From a virus (lineage: Duplodnaviria; Heunggongvirae; Uroviricota; Caudoviricetes), in IMG/VR virus record IMGVR_UViG_3300029186_000001: a stretch of 64,000 bases of DNA, one strand, 5' to 3'. Position numbers and translations under genes: made by a program. The notes beneath the pieces are model-generated. The model ran no database searches and was not told where the DNA came from. It saw only the letters and a program-made list of their open reading frames with translations. This document shows positions 62,776 through 64,000 of this stretch, piece after piece. Numbering within the stretch: position 1 is the first letter of the stretch; every line of letters starts with the position of its first letter.

Positions 62776-64000
62776 ATGAATGACGTTACAGTTGTTACAT
62801 CGGTTACTTACCCATCACCCGAGTCGTTGGCTCTGGTGGCTGATGTGCAATACCACGAACCATATCTGTCAGCCGCTCTAAACCGAAAATTCAGGGGAAT
62901 TGTTGACCCGGGATTTTATGCTGGTTTCTTGCCTAAGCCTGGCGGTGGGATGAACCTGTTAATCACCTCAGTGGATGGAGATAAAACCGCTGGCGCGGCG
63001 TCAGTGGATATTGGTGAATTCTACCAGGTAACTATTCAGCATCGTAAGGATATCTCTCTTGCACTTAACGCAGGCAAGAAATATGCAATTGTGCTGAAGG
63101 GAAGATACCTTCTTGGAGAAGATACCTATCAGGTGAATACCGCGTCACATATTCATGCAGCTGAATTTGTTGCCAGAACCTATACCGATTCATATCAGTT
63201 AGGTGATGGGGAACTGCTGGTTTGTACGGTGAATATCCCTGCTGGCGTATCTACCATTACTCAAGAGATGATTGATACATCCGAGCGTATCAACCGCACG
63301 ATCGGCATTGATATTTCAGACTCTGTAACCAGTACCAGAAGTGATGTTGCTGCGAGTTCGCTGGCAGTTAAAAAAGCCTACGATCTGGCGAAAAGCAAGT
63401 ATACGGCGCAGGATGCAAGCACAACGCAAAAGGGATTAGTTCAGCTCAGTAGTGCCACTAACAGTACGTCCGAAGTGCTGGCCGCCACACCGAAAGCTGT
63501 CAAGGCTGCATATGACCTGGCTAACGGGAAGTATACAGCCCAGGATGCAACCACGACACAAAAAGGGATAGTTCAGCTCAGTAGCGACACCAACAGCACT
63601 TCTGAAACATTAGCTGCAACGCCAAAAGCGGTTAAAGCTGCATACGATCTAGCAGCCGGAAAGGCACCATCCAGTCATACACATCCATGGAATCAGATCA
63701 CTGGTGTGCCAACAGCTTCATTGACAGCGAAAGGCATCACTCAGCTCAGTAGTGCCACTAACAGCACGTCTGAAGTGCTGGCCGCTACACCGAAAGCTGT
63801 CAAGGCTGCATATGATTTGGCTAATGGAAAGCAAGCGGCAGACGCTACGCTCACTGCTCTAGCGGCACTAGCTACCGCAGCAGATAAACTCCCTTATTTC
63901 ACAGGGGTTGATCGTGCCGCGTTAACTGCACTGACAAGTGTTGGACGTGCAATTCTTAGTAAGCCCAGTATTCAGAGCGTTCTTAATTACCTTGGTTTAG
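62776..64000 (+). CDS. Tail fibre protein, N-terminal constant part (partial, runs off the window end)
   Basis: Open frame from ATG at 62776 to the window end with three copies of TTQKG(L/I)VQLSS-TNSTSE-LAATPKAVKAAYDLA, the classical phage tail-fibre repeat. Confidence 0.8.
   Translation, partial: MNDVTVVTSVTYPSPESLALVADVQYHEPYLSAALNRKFRGIVDPGFYAGFLPKPGGGMNLLITSVDGDKTAGAASVDIGEFYQVTIQHRKDISLALNAGKKYAIVLKGRYLLGEDTYQVNTASHIHAAEFVARTYTDSYQLGDGELLVCTVNIPAGVSTITQEMIDTSERINRTIGIDISDSVTSTRSDVAASSLAVKKAYDLAKSKYTAQDASTTQKGLVQLSSATNSTSEVLAATPKAVKAAYDLANGKYTAQDATTTQKGIVQLSSDTNSTSETLAATPKAVKAAYDLAAGKAPSSHTHPWNQITGVPTASLTAKGITQLSSATNSTSEVLAATPKAVKAAYDLANGKQAADATLTALAALATAADKLPYFTGVDRAALTALTSVGRAILSKPSIQSVLNYLGL

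Overview
This 64-kb window is almost entirely a P1-like temperate phage-plasmid, identified from the sequence itself: a near-exact Phd-Doc addiction module, the RepA/iteron/ParA/ParB/parS plasmid unit, and recurring C1-operator 17-mers. Left to right it holds the immC region (coi-like, c1-like), convergent pacB/pacA terminase genes with a seven-hexamer pac site inside pacA, phd-doc, a LexA-boxed humD, hot, a ~13-kb minus-strand block of small accessory genes, a baseplate operon, ban helicase, three tRNA genes (Ile-CAU, Thr-UGU, Asn-GUU) set in a hairpin-repeat array, dmt, an rdgC-like gene, a spanin pair, the complete plasmid replicon, head and sheath candidates, the kilA-repL replicon, the c4-icd-ant immunity operon, and a tail operon ending in a partial tail-fibre gene. 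No integrase, transposase, CRISPR array or rRNA was found. The strongest candidate for an undescribed system is a visibly AT-rich three-gene envelope cassette (51632-53590) transcribed divergently from the c4-icd-ant operon. Other leads are the tRNA-associated hairpin array, an AT-rich module with an unlisted 40-aa membrane peptide, and a dispersed set of glycosyltransferase-like genes. Protein names rest on motifs I can see plus recalled family knowledge; P1 synteny is from memory, and GC statements are by eye, not computed.
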